NCBI RefSeq assembly: GCF_006345805.1
Contig: NC_043000.1
Location: forward strand, 11,222,001 to 11,286,000
Direction: 5' to 3'
Length of the DNA: 64,000 nucleotides
Origin: Octopus sinensis
Lineage: Eukaryota
Part shown: piece by piece, positions 10,329 to 22,307 of the stretch
How positions within the stretch are numbered: position 1 is the first letter of the stretch
How the letters are laid out: every line of letters starts with the position of its first letter
Made by a program: the position numbers and the translations under genes
Notes under the pieces: generated by a model
Databases searched by the model: none
What the model saw: only the letters and a program-made list of their open reading frames with translations
Told to the model about the DNA's origin: nothing

Positions 10329-10655
10329 CTGTAAAATTAAAAGAGAAGTTCAAGTTAAAATTCACATCAATTAAAGGGTATTTTAAAAGACACACTCCAA
10401 ATGGAAGTGAGAAGTAGTCTCCATGAGCCATGTACTTGTATAGGATCAAGGTGAAGAGATACTCCAGCTACCTCAATAATGGATAATCCTTGTGTTCAGC
10501 CTCTTAGTCTGGTTTCGTGCATGCCCCGCCCCTTTCTGCTTCATGGAGACAACCTTTATTTTGAGGAGTCATTGATTGCTTCTGAGTAGAAGGATTATCT
10601 CCTCACACTGATTCCATGCAAGGATGTGACTGATGGAGACAACTACTCACATGTA

Positions 10656-11156
10656 CCGTAAATCCTCGAGTATAATCCAAATTTTTTCCCCAAAATTTAA
10701 AGGTCAAAATCCCTAGTGCATATTATATATGAGGTTAAAAATGAAAAATATTTTCTAAGCAATGTCCGAGTCTCTATTTGCTGTCCGACAATGTTTATTC
10801 AGACGCGAAAATACCTTAAGCTAGGCCTGAAAGCAATGAAGTCATAAAAGAATCATCCATAACTTGCAGTAAGCAATATTTATTGAAATAAAAGTATTCA
10901 GAACACAGAATAACATGTAACAAAAACAATTTGCAAACATATTTACATTCCCATACAACAGTTAAGAACATCACCATTATTGTATTACGCATGTGCAGAA
11001 GTGTTTGTTCAACTAGGTGCTGCTAGCTTAATTACGCACGACTCCGGTTAGAGAAGGGGTGCATATTATACACAAGGTTTAGATTTTTCAGAAGTACAGC
11101 CCCCTAAAAATCCCCTGCGTATTACACAAGGGTGGACTATACTCGAGGATTTACGG
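10656..11156. mobile_element. Tc1/mariner-pogo type MITE
   Basis: TA|CCGTAAATCCTCGAGTATA ... TATACTCGAGGATTTACGG|TA. Confidence 0.9.
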
Positions 11157-13450
11157 TATATTCCATTTTTGGCATGTATTTGTGACTAGATGTCCATCTC
11201 ACCACCAATCACTTAATCTGCACCATGCTAACCATTATATGAAATAACTTTGGCTTAAGCCTAGATATGTTTTAAAACGGAATATAGTTGCTGTTATTGA
11301 CACTAAGATCATCAATTTATGACTGTTTTATCTATTCAAACATTAGTTGAATAACAGTTTCTGATGACAATCCTTCATCGATTATATACACAACAGCAGA
11401 GAAAACTTTCAATGCTTCTTGCAGACATAATGTATTTTTATAATGGTTTCTACAATTAAACTTCCTAGTGCCACCCACCCACCCACTTTACAACACAGGC
11501 TAAAGAGTTCCATCAGTGTTATTACTTTCTTAGCTGGGCTATCTTCACTATAGTTTATGGAGTTCATACTTCCTCCACCTTTCTCTTGATATGTTTTTTC
11601 CCTTTAAGGACTGATACTCTTTCTATTTCCAATACCTTTAAATCAAGAACTTCGCTGCAGCCTACAGAGTCAATATTTTCTCAATGCACTAAATTGAGTC
11701 ACATCTCTTGAAGATCTAAGGAAGGGGTTTTAAAATGAAGGGAGTTTACAGAAGCAATCAATAGCTCCTGAAAATAAAGGCTGTTGTCTCCATGATACAG
11801 AGAGAAAGAGAGAGAGGGACGTACACATGAGGCCATACTAAGAGGTTGAGTTCAAAGATTATCCCCATTATGAAAGTATCAGGAGTATCTCTTCAATGAT
11901 TCCTTCTATCTGATAAATTCATCATCATAAGCCCATTTTCCATACTCACATGAATTGGGCAGGTAATTCTTATTCCGAGTTATTGATCTCCTAGATGGAT
12001 TGGAGGATGATATCTAGCTTGCATATTTAATTTTTGGCTGGGTTGCTATGGCTAGATTCCCAAGTATACAGGATGTATCTTATTGTGGAACCAGTACTAG
12101 AGACAGTATCATGTCCTTGATGTGACTAAGGAACTAAGGAGTCCTCTTGGTCACAGACTATCTGCTTGTTTGCCAACCACTTTACAAAGCATACTATATT
12201 TTATCTTGGCTATTCTGTGTTCATATGCTCGTGGTAAGCAGACTGAGAAGAGAGACAGAGAATAACAGAAGGAGCAGGAACAAGAGTATGATTGTTGAAT
12301 AAAGTGAGGGATAGCAACAGAAGCAATAAGTGGTCTAGGGAAATGAGAGTGATGGAAGTACTGGAAAGGTGATGACAGAGTGTACTGAATACAAATGGAT
12401 CTATGCTTTGTACATATTTGGACAATTATGTAGAGACAGGCAGTGAAGCCTCAAGCTACCATCTAACTTCAAAAAATACAGGTAGGTTTTTTTTTTTTCA
12501 CCAACTCTGCAATATTTCCATGTTCCATAACCATACATCACTACAACCAGTTTTCCCTTTGTTGCCAATAGATATAAGTTTCCTGAATGTTCTATTACTT
12601 TTGCTCTAGCTACAATACTTTCATTGCAATCTTTTGCCAGGTAGAAAATAGGGGCCAGTGAGGAAGCTTTTAGTACATCTGCTTGAAACAGTAACCAAAT
12701 CTCCCTCAAATTATATCCTGTTTACAAAAAAGAAAGACACCTGAAACAATGTAGGTCTTTGGTAGCGGAAACATAATAGCTTCAGTAACTAGGCCTGCTC
12801 ATCGAGAAGACACAAGAGCCGTTCACAGACATCATTTTATAGATAATTTTATTATCAATATTAATAGCTTTTACATAACATTAAGTTCCTTAAGAACAAA
12901 CCAACATATTTAGATTATGAAGATAGAGCCTAAGAAAAAAGAAGGGGGAGTAGATGGTATATAATTTGCAATAATTTCTTCAGATCTCTAAGAATGTTGG
13001 TTAAACTAAAGCGTTACACCATTCAAAGAATCAAAAAAAAATGTGTGTAATAGGTGTAATTGCATATATCGACGACTACCATCTACGGAAGGAAAGAGTG
13101 GAGGTACCAATGAAAAACTGCACTTCTCCGATAAAATTCTTCAGATGTTCTAACTAAAGGTATTTCGTAGAGGGGAGGGGGAGATAAGAAACGTTAGCTT
13201 GTAAAGGGTTCAAACAATTTGAAATCACGCGTAAGGGCCGAATCTCAGACAAGTTTTAGTAGCGCAAAGTGTGACTGTGTAATTAAGTTCGCTTCGTAAC
13301 CACGTGGTTACGAGCTCGATCCCAGTGCGTGACACTTTGGGACATGGCTTCTATCATAACTTTGGGCTGATTGATACCTTGATGGCGGAATGCAGTATAC
13401 TACGAAGCCTATCGTGTGTGCGTGCGTGTGTGTGTATGTGCCTATATGGT

Positions 13451-13488
<38 letters not shown>

Positions 13489-14397
13489 TTAATCGTTTGT
13501 AGAGGATATAAAAATCAAGGAAAAAACCGAAAAGCCGGTGCCTTATGAACAAAATCCCTCGAGACACTTGTTCAGCACCAAGTTACAAATACTCCCTTGT
13601 CACTTTCGCTGTCATAAATGGTACACTTGATACCTGTAATCAACACCGTTACTGTTAAAATAAGGGAAGTTAAATATTCCCTACCCTAGACTAGCACATT
13701 AGTTGTGAGTCACTCGTAAAAACGGACTACTACCATTATATTTCTGACAGCGAAGTTGACTGAATAGACATATCTTAAGGGATATGCTAACAAGAAGTAG
13801 TGATAGAACAAAGCATGAAGACAAGAGAAGTAGTGACAATAAAAGCCAGAAGACAAGACCTACTCGTCTACCTAATTAAAAAAAAGAAGTTTTATTTGGA
13901 ATAAATATCCGCTGCACACAAAAAATAAAATAGATTAAAGCTATTGGCATTAATTACTGTTTAGTTATAAATTTTTACATTTCTGACAGAACGAAATAAA
14001 TTAAATCTGCATGTGGCTCACGGGATGAAAATGAAATAAAATTATGAGTGCGGGCACATGGTGATCTAGTTTAGTAGTCACTACGGTTCGCATAAATTAG
14101 CGAAGCATTACTTCATCTTTATGTGACTAACAAACATCACCGAATCTCCTAAATGTCTTCAATTTTTGACTAGAATCAAACCTTAGACCAAATGAGTAAA
14201 TGTTTACATTAAAAATATATATTTGTCAAGAGATTCCACATAAACCGTCGCAAGATTGATCGTAGTGTGTAACGGTGGAAAGGATGGAACAGCGTAACGT
14301 AGAATGACAATGGTTTATGTCCTTGTTTTAGCATGAGTTGGTTAAATATACGAGCTATTTAAATTGCAGAACATTAGGCGATCTTTCGTCTCTAGTA

Positions 14398-14754
14398 GAC
14401 CTTTCCGTCGATTTCCGTAAAAATTTTTTTTTTACATATGGGCTTGCGGGAACTTTTGAAGTAATATACATACATATACACATACACCGAGTAAAAAATT
14501 TCAGTTATCTCTTTCTTTAACACACACTAACAGAAGCACTTCACTTACACAACATACTGTCTGTCTCCCACACCCCATCAACACACACACACACATGTAC
14601 ATCAATGCTTCCCCTGGACGGTAACTTCAAAAGAACTTCCCTCGTCATACAATCGCTTTTCTCTTAGTCTCTTTCGCTCTCATTACTTCAAAAGTTCCCG
14701 CAAGCCCATATGTAAAAAAAAAAATATTTTTTTACGGAAATCGACGGAAAGGTC
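14398..14754. mobile_element. MITE with about 65-bp TIRs
   Basis: TA|GACCTTTCCGTCGATTTCCGTAAAAA ... TTTTACGGAAATCGACGGAAAGGTC|TA. Confidence 0.9.
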
Positions 14755-14925
14755 TAACATTAATGGGATAACATATTTGTTTTCCCCAAAATGACTGACA
14801 AAATCCAGATATATATAACCAAACAACGAACGATTCCTTGTGGGTTTGTTAAAGGAGGAAGCCATTATGATGAAGCACGTTTTCTTCCTCGACGAAAACG
14901 GAGCAACAGAAAATTTTAGATTTAC

Positions 14926-15025
14926 CTTTCGCTGCATTAATATTACTGAAGCGTATCTGTGTCGGTTTATCGCGATCTTCATATTCCGACTTTTTACCCT
15001 TCTTTGCTTCAACAGGTTCAGGCAT
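14926..15025 (-). CDS. CCT4: T-complex protein 1 subunit delta, coding exon 1
   Basis: ATG at 15025; MPEPVEAKKGKKSEYEDRDKPTQIRFSNINAAK matches CCT4 N-terminus (DRDKPAQIRFSNISAAK); donor GTAAAT; phase 1. Confidence 0.95.
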
Positions 15026-15393
15026 TTTGATGGAGTCTTTTTTCGTCCTTAATTAGCCAATATAGACCGGTTTTAGCAGAAGCCGCTGAAGCTTCTAGAT
15101 GAATCACAATTATCGCTCTTGAATCTCACTCCCTCGCCCCACCATTCCCACTTCTTCAAATCTCGATGCTCTGAGATGACGGTTAATTATTTTATTTGAT
15201 ATTTCTTTATATACATATTATATACACATACACATAAAAGATAATACATTTCATTCAACAATATGGTAAAGTTTAATAAAAATAACCCGTTGTTAATATC
15301 TTTCTCGAAAATTTGTGACGTCACAGCGCGCCGGGTTACTGGCGGTAAAATTCGGGTGTTTAATTCATGTTTGGTTGCGCGAGAAGATTCATT
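15026..15393. promoter_or_regulatory. Bidirectional promoter / 5' UTRs of CCT4 and DTL
   Basis: 368 bp between divergent ATGs; CpG-enriched; palindromic CRE TGACGTCA at 15316-15323; E2F-like GCGCGCC (15326), TGGCGGTAAAA (15340), TTGCGCGAGAA (15375). Confidence 0.75.
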
Positions 15394-15439
15394 ATGTTTT
15401 ATTCTCTTGCAAATATTAATCTTGGATGGAGAAAGTCTA
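15394..15439 (+). CDS. DTL: Denticleless/CDT2 exon 1
   Basis: MFYSLANINLGWRKS+A, donor GTAAGT at 15440; phase 1 matches exon 2; weak sequence similarity only. Confidence 0.7.
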
Positions 15440-16403
15440 GTAAGTAAATGCATGCAATTTGAATATAGTTAAAGTTTACTAGGTTCACAGTGTGTTGTCG
15501 AAAGTTTTTTTTCTTTCTTCTTTTGAGATTTTTCTTATGAATTTTGTTTGAAACATTTTAACTTTGCATTATTACGATCATTCTTATTATGGAGCGGAAT
15601 TCTGCTTGATGCATAGCATATAACCTCTCATAACTTTTATTTTTTGAAATTTTCAGAATTTTTTTTCCAATTTGTGATCTACCCACGAGACAATGCAAAA
15701 ATCTTTTCTTTTTTTTTTTTAATTTTTCTAAAAAAATTTTTTTAGCCACCGTTTAAAAATACGGACAGGCCGTATTTCTTGCTTGAATTTCCAGCAACAG
15801 ACCATTAAATGTGTTTATGGGCAGAAATATATTCATAAACAATACAGAGTGACAAACGAGGACAGTATGAGGTGGTCATGAGATGGACTAAAAATAATAG
15901 CTAAATACTCCTTAACTCACACAAAAGTGTTTTCTTTTTGTTTTTGCATAGTCGTATGATTTTCCGTATGTCTATCACAAATTTGCAAAAGTTTTTTGAA
16001 AATTCCAAAAAATAAAAAAAAAGTTAAAGGTTATATGCCATGCTAGCCAAAATGTCGTACTTCGAGCGGGCTTTTTATATGGAGGGATGTTGGACCTTCG
16101 GCTGATAATAAGATCATGTATTTGAATAACCTATAAAAAATGCAATAACATCAATAATTCTTTATTTGCATAAATAAAATTTATCAAACGAAAAATTTTG
16201 AATCTCGAGTAATTTGCCGATCAAAAACTTTTTTTATGTCGTTTCAATGAATAGAAATTTGTTGCAGAAGAGCAGCGACATTGCTACTATGGAATCTTTA
16301 CCAAACCAGCATGAAGAATGCTTTACTGATTATGCATCTGTAAAAGTTAATAAAGTTTCAAAAGTGTTATTTTCACCGCTTGTCGAATTTCAGAGTAGGT
16401 TAA

Positions 16404-17510
16404 CCTCTTTGAGACCACCCGGTGTTTTGGTGTGTGTAGCCAAAAAGACAAAATTTTTTTTTTTCTGTTGAAATTGATGGCTGCATGTAAAAACAAATGA
16501 TTAAGTGCCTAAAACTATTAGTAATATATATATATATTTTCATATTATGAAAGCTTATAAACAAAATAGTACAATACATTCTATCTCGATAAGAGAACCT
16601 GAAACAACACAATACATGTAAAATAAATAAGATAATATAAATGTTTCTGTGCAAAAATAACAATATATGCCAAATAACATTTTGTGTTTGGGGAAACCTG
16701 GTCCATGAAAGCCTTTTTTACACTTCTGACACATGGTCCTGGATCTTTTTTTGTCCCCCAGGTATTCTCCTGTCACTACGAATACAACAACAGTCCTTTT
16801 TGTTTTGAGTGATGGTGACCACGCTTCTAGTCTCCTCTGGTCCATGTGGTCCTTAATCTAGGCTTCAACAACCAAGGCACAAAACCTTTATCGAGGCATG
16901 ATATGTCTATCTCATGTATGCTCCTTGTAAAGTATACATGAGTTCAGCAGCATCTGGAGAGAACGTTGAAAATTACTTTTTTCCTGTATTTTAGGGTCCT
17001 CCTCTCGTCTACACAGCTGTACAGCATCATGTTACCCTGGTCTACCCCTTCTATGTACTTGTAAGCAAGTATAGAGAAGAGCTTGTCAACATCTGCAACT
17101 CTATGGGTTTTGGTCTCATCTTCTCAACACCACCTCTTAACCCCCCAGCTATCTCCTTGGTAGAGAGCTACTACACAGCATTCTTTTGGGACTTCTCATG
17201 GAATACTGTGGCCAAGATTTGTCACTGTCTGAAGTTTAAACTCTCACCTGGTTTTAACTGTACTTTTAGGCCTTTTGGAAGCTCCTTTATCTTTCTCCGA
17301 ACCATTCCAGTTATGAGGGTACTGTTTTCAGTCAGTTCACTGACTAAGGGCACACTGGTAAAAAAAAAGTTGTCTTGCCTCTGTAGACAAAGAAACCTAG
17401 GAGGTAAGCCGAAACAGAGTCACTCAGCATCCAGATGTTGATGCCCCATTTGTGGTGATGCTTGTTGGGCAAATAGTGCATCAGCTGAATTCTGATTTTT
17501 GTCCCAATCA
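16404..17510 (-). mobile_element. piggyBac transposase relic with one intact end
   Basis: WMLSDSVSAYLLGFFVYRGK, DNFFFTSVPL, YKYIEGVD, DERRTLK, MCQKCKKGFHG; terminus CCTCTTTGAGACC next to TTAA at 16400-16403; stops and frameshifts. Confidence 0.85.
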
Positions 17511-17694
17511 GACTTTCATCGACACATACTTCTTTGACCGGGATCTGGGAAGCCAGGAGGCTGCACCAGGCTCCAGTCTGATCTGACAGTGTTTCTACAG
17601 CTGGATGCCCTTCCTAATGCCAACCACTCCGTGAGTGTAGTGGGTGCTTTTTACGTACCACTGGCAAGGTGCCAGGCGAGGCTGGCAACGGCCA

Positions 17695-17860
17695 ACCTTC
17701 TACAGACAGAACAGGATTGCAGGAGCACAAAGGAAATGTGAACAGTGCAAGTCCAAAGCCAATTCCTTGCTTTCAGTCCCAACTGGTCATCAGTGCCCAA
17801 CCTGCAGCAGGGTCTTCCGAGCATGCATATGATAAATATATTGAGTTATGCATTGCTGTG
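17695..17860 (+). mobile_element. RTE/Bov-B-like LINE C-terminal relic
   Basis: RIAGAQRK...GHQCPTCSRVFRACI resembles the CPxCxRxFRAxIGLxSH end of Bov-B-type ORFs. Confidence 0.6.
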
Positions 17861-17942
17861 GTTCTTATTTTTTGTCTCACTTTGATGCTTATCAATGATA
17901 AGTCATACATGTAACTCTTACCTCCTCTTTGTTGTATTGTAG

Positions 17943-18031
17943 CACTTTGCCCTGTACCTAAACTACCTCTTGTTAGTGTATTGAAAAATCTGAAATGTTC
18001 CCGGTTGGATGTTTATGGCCAAGATTCTCAG
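17943..18031 (+). CDS. DTL: DTL exon 2
   Basis: (T)LCPVPKLPLVSVLKNLKCSRLDVYGQDSQ resembles human YPLQSLLTGYQC; AG/GT and phases fit. Confidence 0.8.
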
Positions 18032-18664
18032 GTAATTTACATATTTGTTTTTTTAAATCTGGCATGAAATGCCATCAGTTTAATGACAGTTTCTATTTAT
18101 TATAATTTAGATGACACCACACAATAAAATATTTCTCTCTATAGGCGCAGGAGTGGCTGTGTGGTAAGTAGCTTGCTTACCAACCACATGGTTTCAGGTT
18201 CATTCCCACTGCATGGCACGGCTGCAGTCAAATGGCTGAAACAAGTAAAAGAGTAAAGAGTATTCCTATCTGAAGGATTTAGATTGATTTCCTTGTACCA
18301 AATACTATTTGCTGTGTGTGTATACTCTCTCTCCCACAACCCACCAAATTTCTTGTGTTGTCAAGGTGCAGAGATAGCGATATAATTAAGAATGGGTATC
18401 TTTGCACCTTGACAACTGAATACCACAAGTTAGTATTTGGCTTGTGGGAGAGTGTATACACACATGGGTATGGGCATGCCTAAACAGTTAACCTGTTGGC
18501 TTTGCAACCATATGATTCCAGGTTTGATTCAGTTGTGTCCTGTCCTGGCCAATTCTTGAGTGATATTTGGTGTGTACGTGTGTGTATATATTATGTCAGT
18601 GTAGAGGCTGAACAAAACTACCTTGTAGCGTTTCAGTCAGCATGAAGTTTTCCTGCCTCCCTCT

Positions 18665-18850
18665 TTATGCCTATTTCTTTACTACCCACAAGGATAGATA
18701 AACGGATCAAGTCGATTACATCGACCCCAGTGCATAACTTGTGCTTAATTTATCGATCCTGAAAGGATGAAAGGCAAAGTCGACCTCGGTGGAATTTGAA
18801 CTCAGAACGTAACGGCAGACAAAATACAGCTACGCATTTTGCCACCTTAT
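18665..18850 (-). mobile_element. tRNA-derived SINE family M, partial
   Basis: Reverse complement of GTTCTGAGTTCAAATTCCACCGAGGTCGACTTTGCCTTTCATCCTTTC. Confidence 0.85.
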
Positions 18851-19583
18851 GTCAAGGATGGCATTGCCTTCCTTTTCTAACACGATTAATTAAGTAAGCA
18901 CCAGGGAAAATGCAATATGGTCAATATAATTGACCATATAGCCATTAAGCCATTAAAAGAGTATATGGATCCATCATCATTTGTCTGTCTTCCCTGCTGG
19001 CATGGATTAGATGGTTTGACAAGAGCTGGTAAGCTGGAGGTCTGTATATAGCTTTACTGTCTGCTTTGGTATGGTTTCTACAGTTGGATGCCCTTTCTAA
19101 TGCCAGCCACTTAACAGATGCACTGAGGGGTAGGTGAATATTGAAGGAGGTGGCTCTGTGCCAGGTGATGAGAGCTTAAAGTGCAATAGAGGGACATAAC
19201 CTTGTCTAGCTGTAGAGGAGATACATGGCTACCTTAGTTGTAGAGAATGACGGTGAACAATTGATAAGGCATACGTGCCAGTATAAGTGGTGTAGAACCA
19301 AGGATTGAATTAGATGAACGAGTGGATGATAAGTTTGTGAGATTGTAAAGGAGAGAGTAGAGGGAAGGGAGGGCTGTTAGGAAGATATGTTGTGAAGAGA
19401 TTTGACTGGGACAAAGTTTGCAGGTAAGTCTGTGAGGGTGTGATTGGTGAGTGAGAGATAGAGGGGAGGGGGTTGTCAAGGGGCATCATCATAGACAACA
19501 TGTATCATTAATATATAGTGTTTTATATTAGTATAATACAGAGTGTGTTAGATAATTTCTTGAAATTTCTTTTGTTGTTGCAG

Positions 19584-19623
19584 ATTGCTGCTGTTCCTCC
19601 ATTGGCCTGTAATTTCAGTAAAG
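19584..19623 (+). CDS. DTL: DTL exon 3
   Basis: IAAVPPLACNFSK resembles VPPFGCTFS. Confidence 0.85.
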
Positions 19624-19675
19624 GTATGGCATTTCGCATATGTTCTTAGCTATTGTGTGTGTGTATATATATATA

Positions 19676-20044
19676 CTAGCAGTATCGCCCGGCGTTGCTC
19701 GGGTTTGTAAGGGAAATGACTATAAAGCATTTTTAGAGAGTTGTAGCCAAAAAAATGCATTAAAAATGGAAAAAATATGATGGTAAATTTTTTTTTTAAA
19801 TCGTTGACTCATCGTAGACATTTTTAGAGAGTTACTTCCCTTTAAAAAATATGCATTAAAATGGGGGGAAATGATGGTAAATTATTTTTAAAATCGTAGA
19901 CGCGCGCTAATACCCAGAAGGGCTCGATATGAATCACGACTATAAGATACCCGGTTTTGGTTAAACTGCACCGCAAAATGTGGGAGTAGTTAGGAATCTA
20001 AATCGGAGTAGACAGACACACAACCTTACTTTTATATATAAAGA
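19676..20044 (-). mobile_element. Non-autonomous Helitron
   Basis: 5' TC, 3' CCCG-AGCAACGC-CGGG hairpin then CTAG, inserted at A|T; near-identical copy at 60909-61295. Confidence 0.85.
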
Positions 20045-20266
20045 TATAACAGAAAAGAAAAAAGAGGCATATTTTAAAAGAAAAGGGTTTGGGAAATATC
20101 TTCGTAAATATAAGTTTTTCTCAAAAATGCTAAGAGTACTATTTCTGCGGTTCCCTTGAACTGGGTATGTCTTTGTGATTATGTATGTGCTTGAAAAGAT
20201 TGGATTTGAAATTTGTCTAAAAAAATGTCCTTGTTTTAATCTATATCTTTTGTTTCTACCCATTAG

Positions 20267-20362
20267 TAAAAGCCACCCCTAACATTCTTGGTCTTTCGGA
20301 TGAAAACGGTTGTGTTATTTTGTTTGACACAAATAAACATGGTGAACAAGCTGTCTTAAAGT
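20267..20362 (+). CDS. DTL: DTL exon 4
   Basis: KATPNILGLSDENGCVILFDTNKHGEQAVLK resembles VLAVANEEGFVRLYNT. Confidence 0.9.
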
Positions 20363-20504
20363 GTAAGTATTTAATCAATATCTCGTTAAGTCATTAATAT
20401 TTGGAACAAAGTTAAAGCAGATGCTTTTCTTTTAGTTAAAGGGATAAACTGGAAATAATTTTACCCTATCAAGGCACAGTTGCAGACAATACAGTGTAAT
20501 ACCT

Positions 20505-20775
20505 GCTAATACATGCTGGTGACATGTAAAAAGCACCAACCGATTGTGGCCATTTGTCAGCCTCCTCTGGCCCCTTTGCCAGTGGCACGTAAAAAGCACT
20601 CCACTAATCTCACGGAGTGGTTGGCGTTAGGAAGGGCATCAAGCCGTAGAAACACTGCCAGATCAGACTGGAGCCTGGCGCAGCCTCCTGGCTTCCCAGA
20701 CCCCGGTCGAACCGTCCAACCCATGCTAGCATGGAAAACGGATGTTAAACGATGATGATGATGATGATGATGATG
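20505..20775 (+). mobile_element. RTE 3' UTR fragment with (GAT)n tail
   Basis: Two modules, GGAAGGGCATC core, tail. Confidence 0.85.
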
Positions 20776-21050
20776 TTGTATCTTGTTAACCTTCTTAACT
20801 GTGAGTTAAATCTTCTCAAAGCCTGTAGCTGCTTGCAGCATGATCAAATGTCGACCACATGATCATTCTAACTGTAATTTTTCGGTCTTGACAAACTGAT
20901 CCTTTCCCAAGCCACTGTTGCTGGAATGGCTTCTTCATTGTAAGCATTTAAACCTGTCGTATCCAGTCCAAATATTCTACTTGTTTTATGTCCAAACCAG
21001 CTAGACCTGGTTTTTCACACCTATCCTACTATATCAGTATAAATATGTGA

Positions 21051-21378
21051 GGGCGCGTGGCTTAGTGGTTAGGGCATTCGGCTCATGATCGTAAGGTTGT
21101 GAGTTCGATTCCCGGCGACGCGTTGTGTCCTTGAGCAAGACACTTTATTTCACGTTGCTCCAGTCCACTCAGCTGGCAAAAATGAGTTGTACTTGTATTT
21201 CAAAGGGTCAGCCTTGTCACTCTCTGTGTCACGCTGATTATCCCCGAGAACTACGTTAAGGGTACACGTGTCTGTGGAATGCTCAGCCATTTGCACGTTA
21301 ATTTCACGAGCAAGCTGTTCCGTTGATCGTATCAGCTGGGACCCTCGTCGTCGTAACCGGCGGAGTCTTATTATTATT
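21051..21378 (+). mobile_element. tRNA/CORE-like SINE family C, full length
   Basis: A box TGGCTTAGTGG, B box GAGTTCGATTCC, GTGTCCTTGAGCAAGACACTT core, (TAT)n tail. Confidence 0.85.
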
Positions 21379-21697
21379 AGTATAAATATATACAATCATA
21401 TCTTCAAAATCTCAGGCTTTAGAGGTCTATCAAAATAAAATAGTAATCAGAGGGTCCATATGTAAAAAAAAAAAAAAGTTGTTGTGAACCACTGGTTTAG
21501 AATGAAGCATTAAGTGATATATATCCTCCCACCTCTTATCTACCTTTCAGTATAGTATATTCACCCTTCAACACTAATTTTTTTTTTTTTTTTGTTAAAG
21601 CTAAAAGCGTTTTGGGTGTGAATGAAGAAATTTTAATTGCTCTAACTTTGATGGTCTGCATTATTAATTTAAATCTATTATCTTCTCTTTTTTCCAG

Positions 21698-21880
21698 ATT
21701 GGTCAGCTCACAGTAATGCCATCTTTGATTTGGCTTGGATGGAAAATGAACACAAACTGCTTACTGCTTCTGGTGACCAGACTATCGTCTTATGGGATGC
21801 TCTCAGCCAGCAGAGAATACAGACATTTAAAGGACACAGTCGCAGTGTTAAATCTGTGTGTTTCAGTCCATCAAGCAATT
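21698..21880 (+). CDS. DTL: DTL exon 5 (WD40)
   Basis: WSAHSNAIFDLAWMENEHKLLTASGDQTIVLWD...FKGHSRSVKSVCFSP matches DTL WMAHWNAVFDLAW...AAGDQT. Confidence 0.95.
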
Positions 21881-21923
21881 GTAATTTGTTAAATTTTAAA
21901 ATCTTTTAACGTAATACTATGTA

Positions 21924-22307
21924 TACTCTTTTACTTGTTTCAGTCATTTGACTGCGGCCATGCTGGAGCACCGCCTTTAATCGAGCAACTCGACCCCGGG
22001 ACTTATTCTTTTGTAAGCCCAGTACTTATTCGATTGGTCTCTTTTGCCTAACCGCTAAGTAATGGGGACATAAACACACCAGCATCGGTTGTCAAGCAAT
22101 GCTAGGGGGACAAACACAGATACACAAACGCATATATATATACACGACGGGCTTCTTTCAGTTTCCGTCTACCAAATCCACTCACAAGGCTTTGGTCGGC
22201 CCGAGGCTATAGTAGAAGACACTTGCCTATGGTGCCATGCAGTGGGACTGAACCCAGAACCATGTGGTTGGTAAGCAAGCTACTTACCACACACCCACTC
22301 CTGCGCC
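21924..22307 (-). mobile_element. SINE A, full length
   Basis: GGCGCAGGAGTGG head to GAAACAAGTAAAAGAGTA tail with internal (TA/TG) tract. Confidence 0.9.

Noticed and set aside
10434-10545. H/ACA-like fold in CCT4 intron 1 (AGACTA/ACACAA hinge, ATCCT-AT-ACA end)
   Set aside because: A homologous copy lies in opposite orientation at about 11745-11900 and lacks the ACA end, so it is an old interspersed repeat.
16214-16471. 85-aa plus-strand ORF near the DTL 5' end
   Set aside because: No DTL similarity, runs into the piggyBac terminus, and DTL exons 1-2 join in phase without it.
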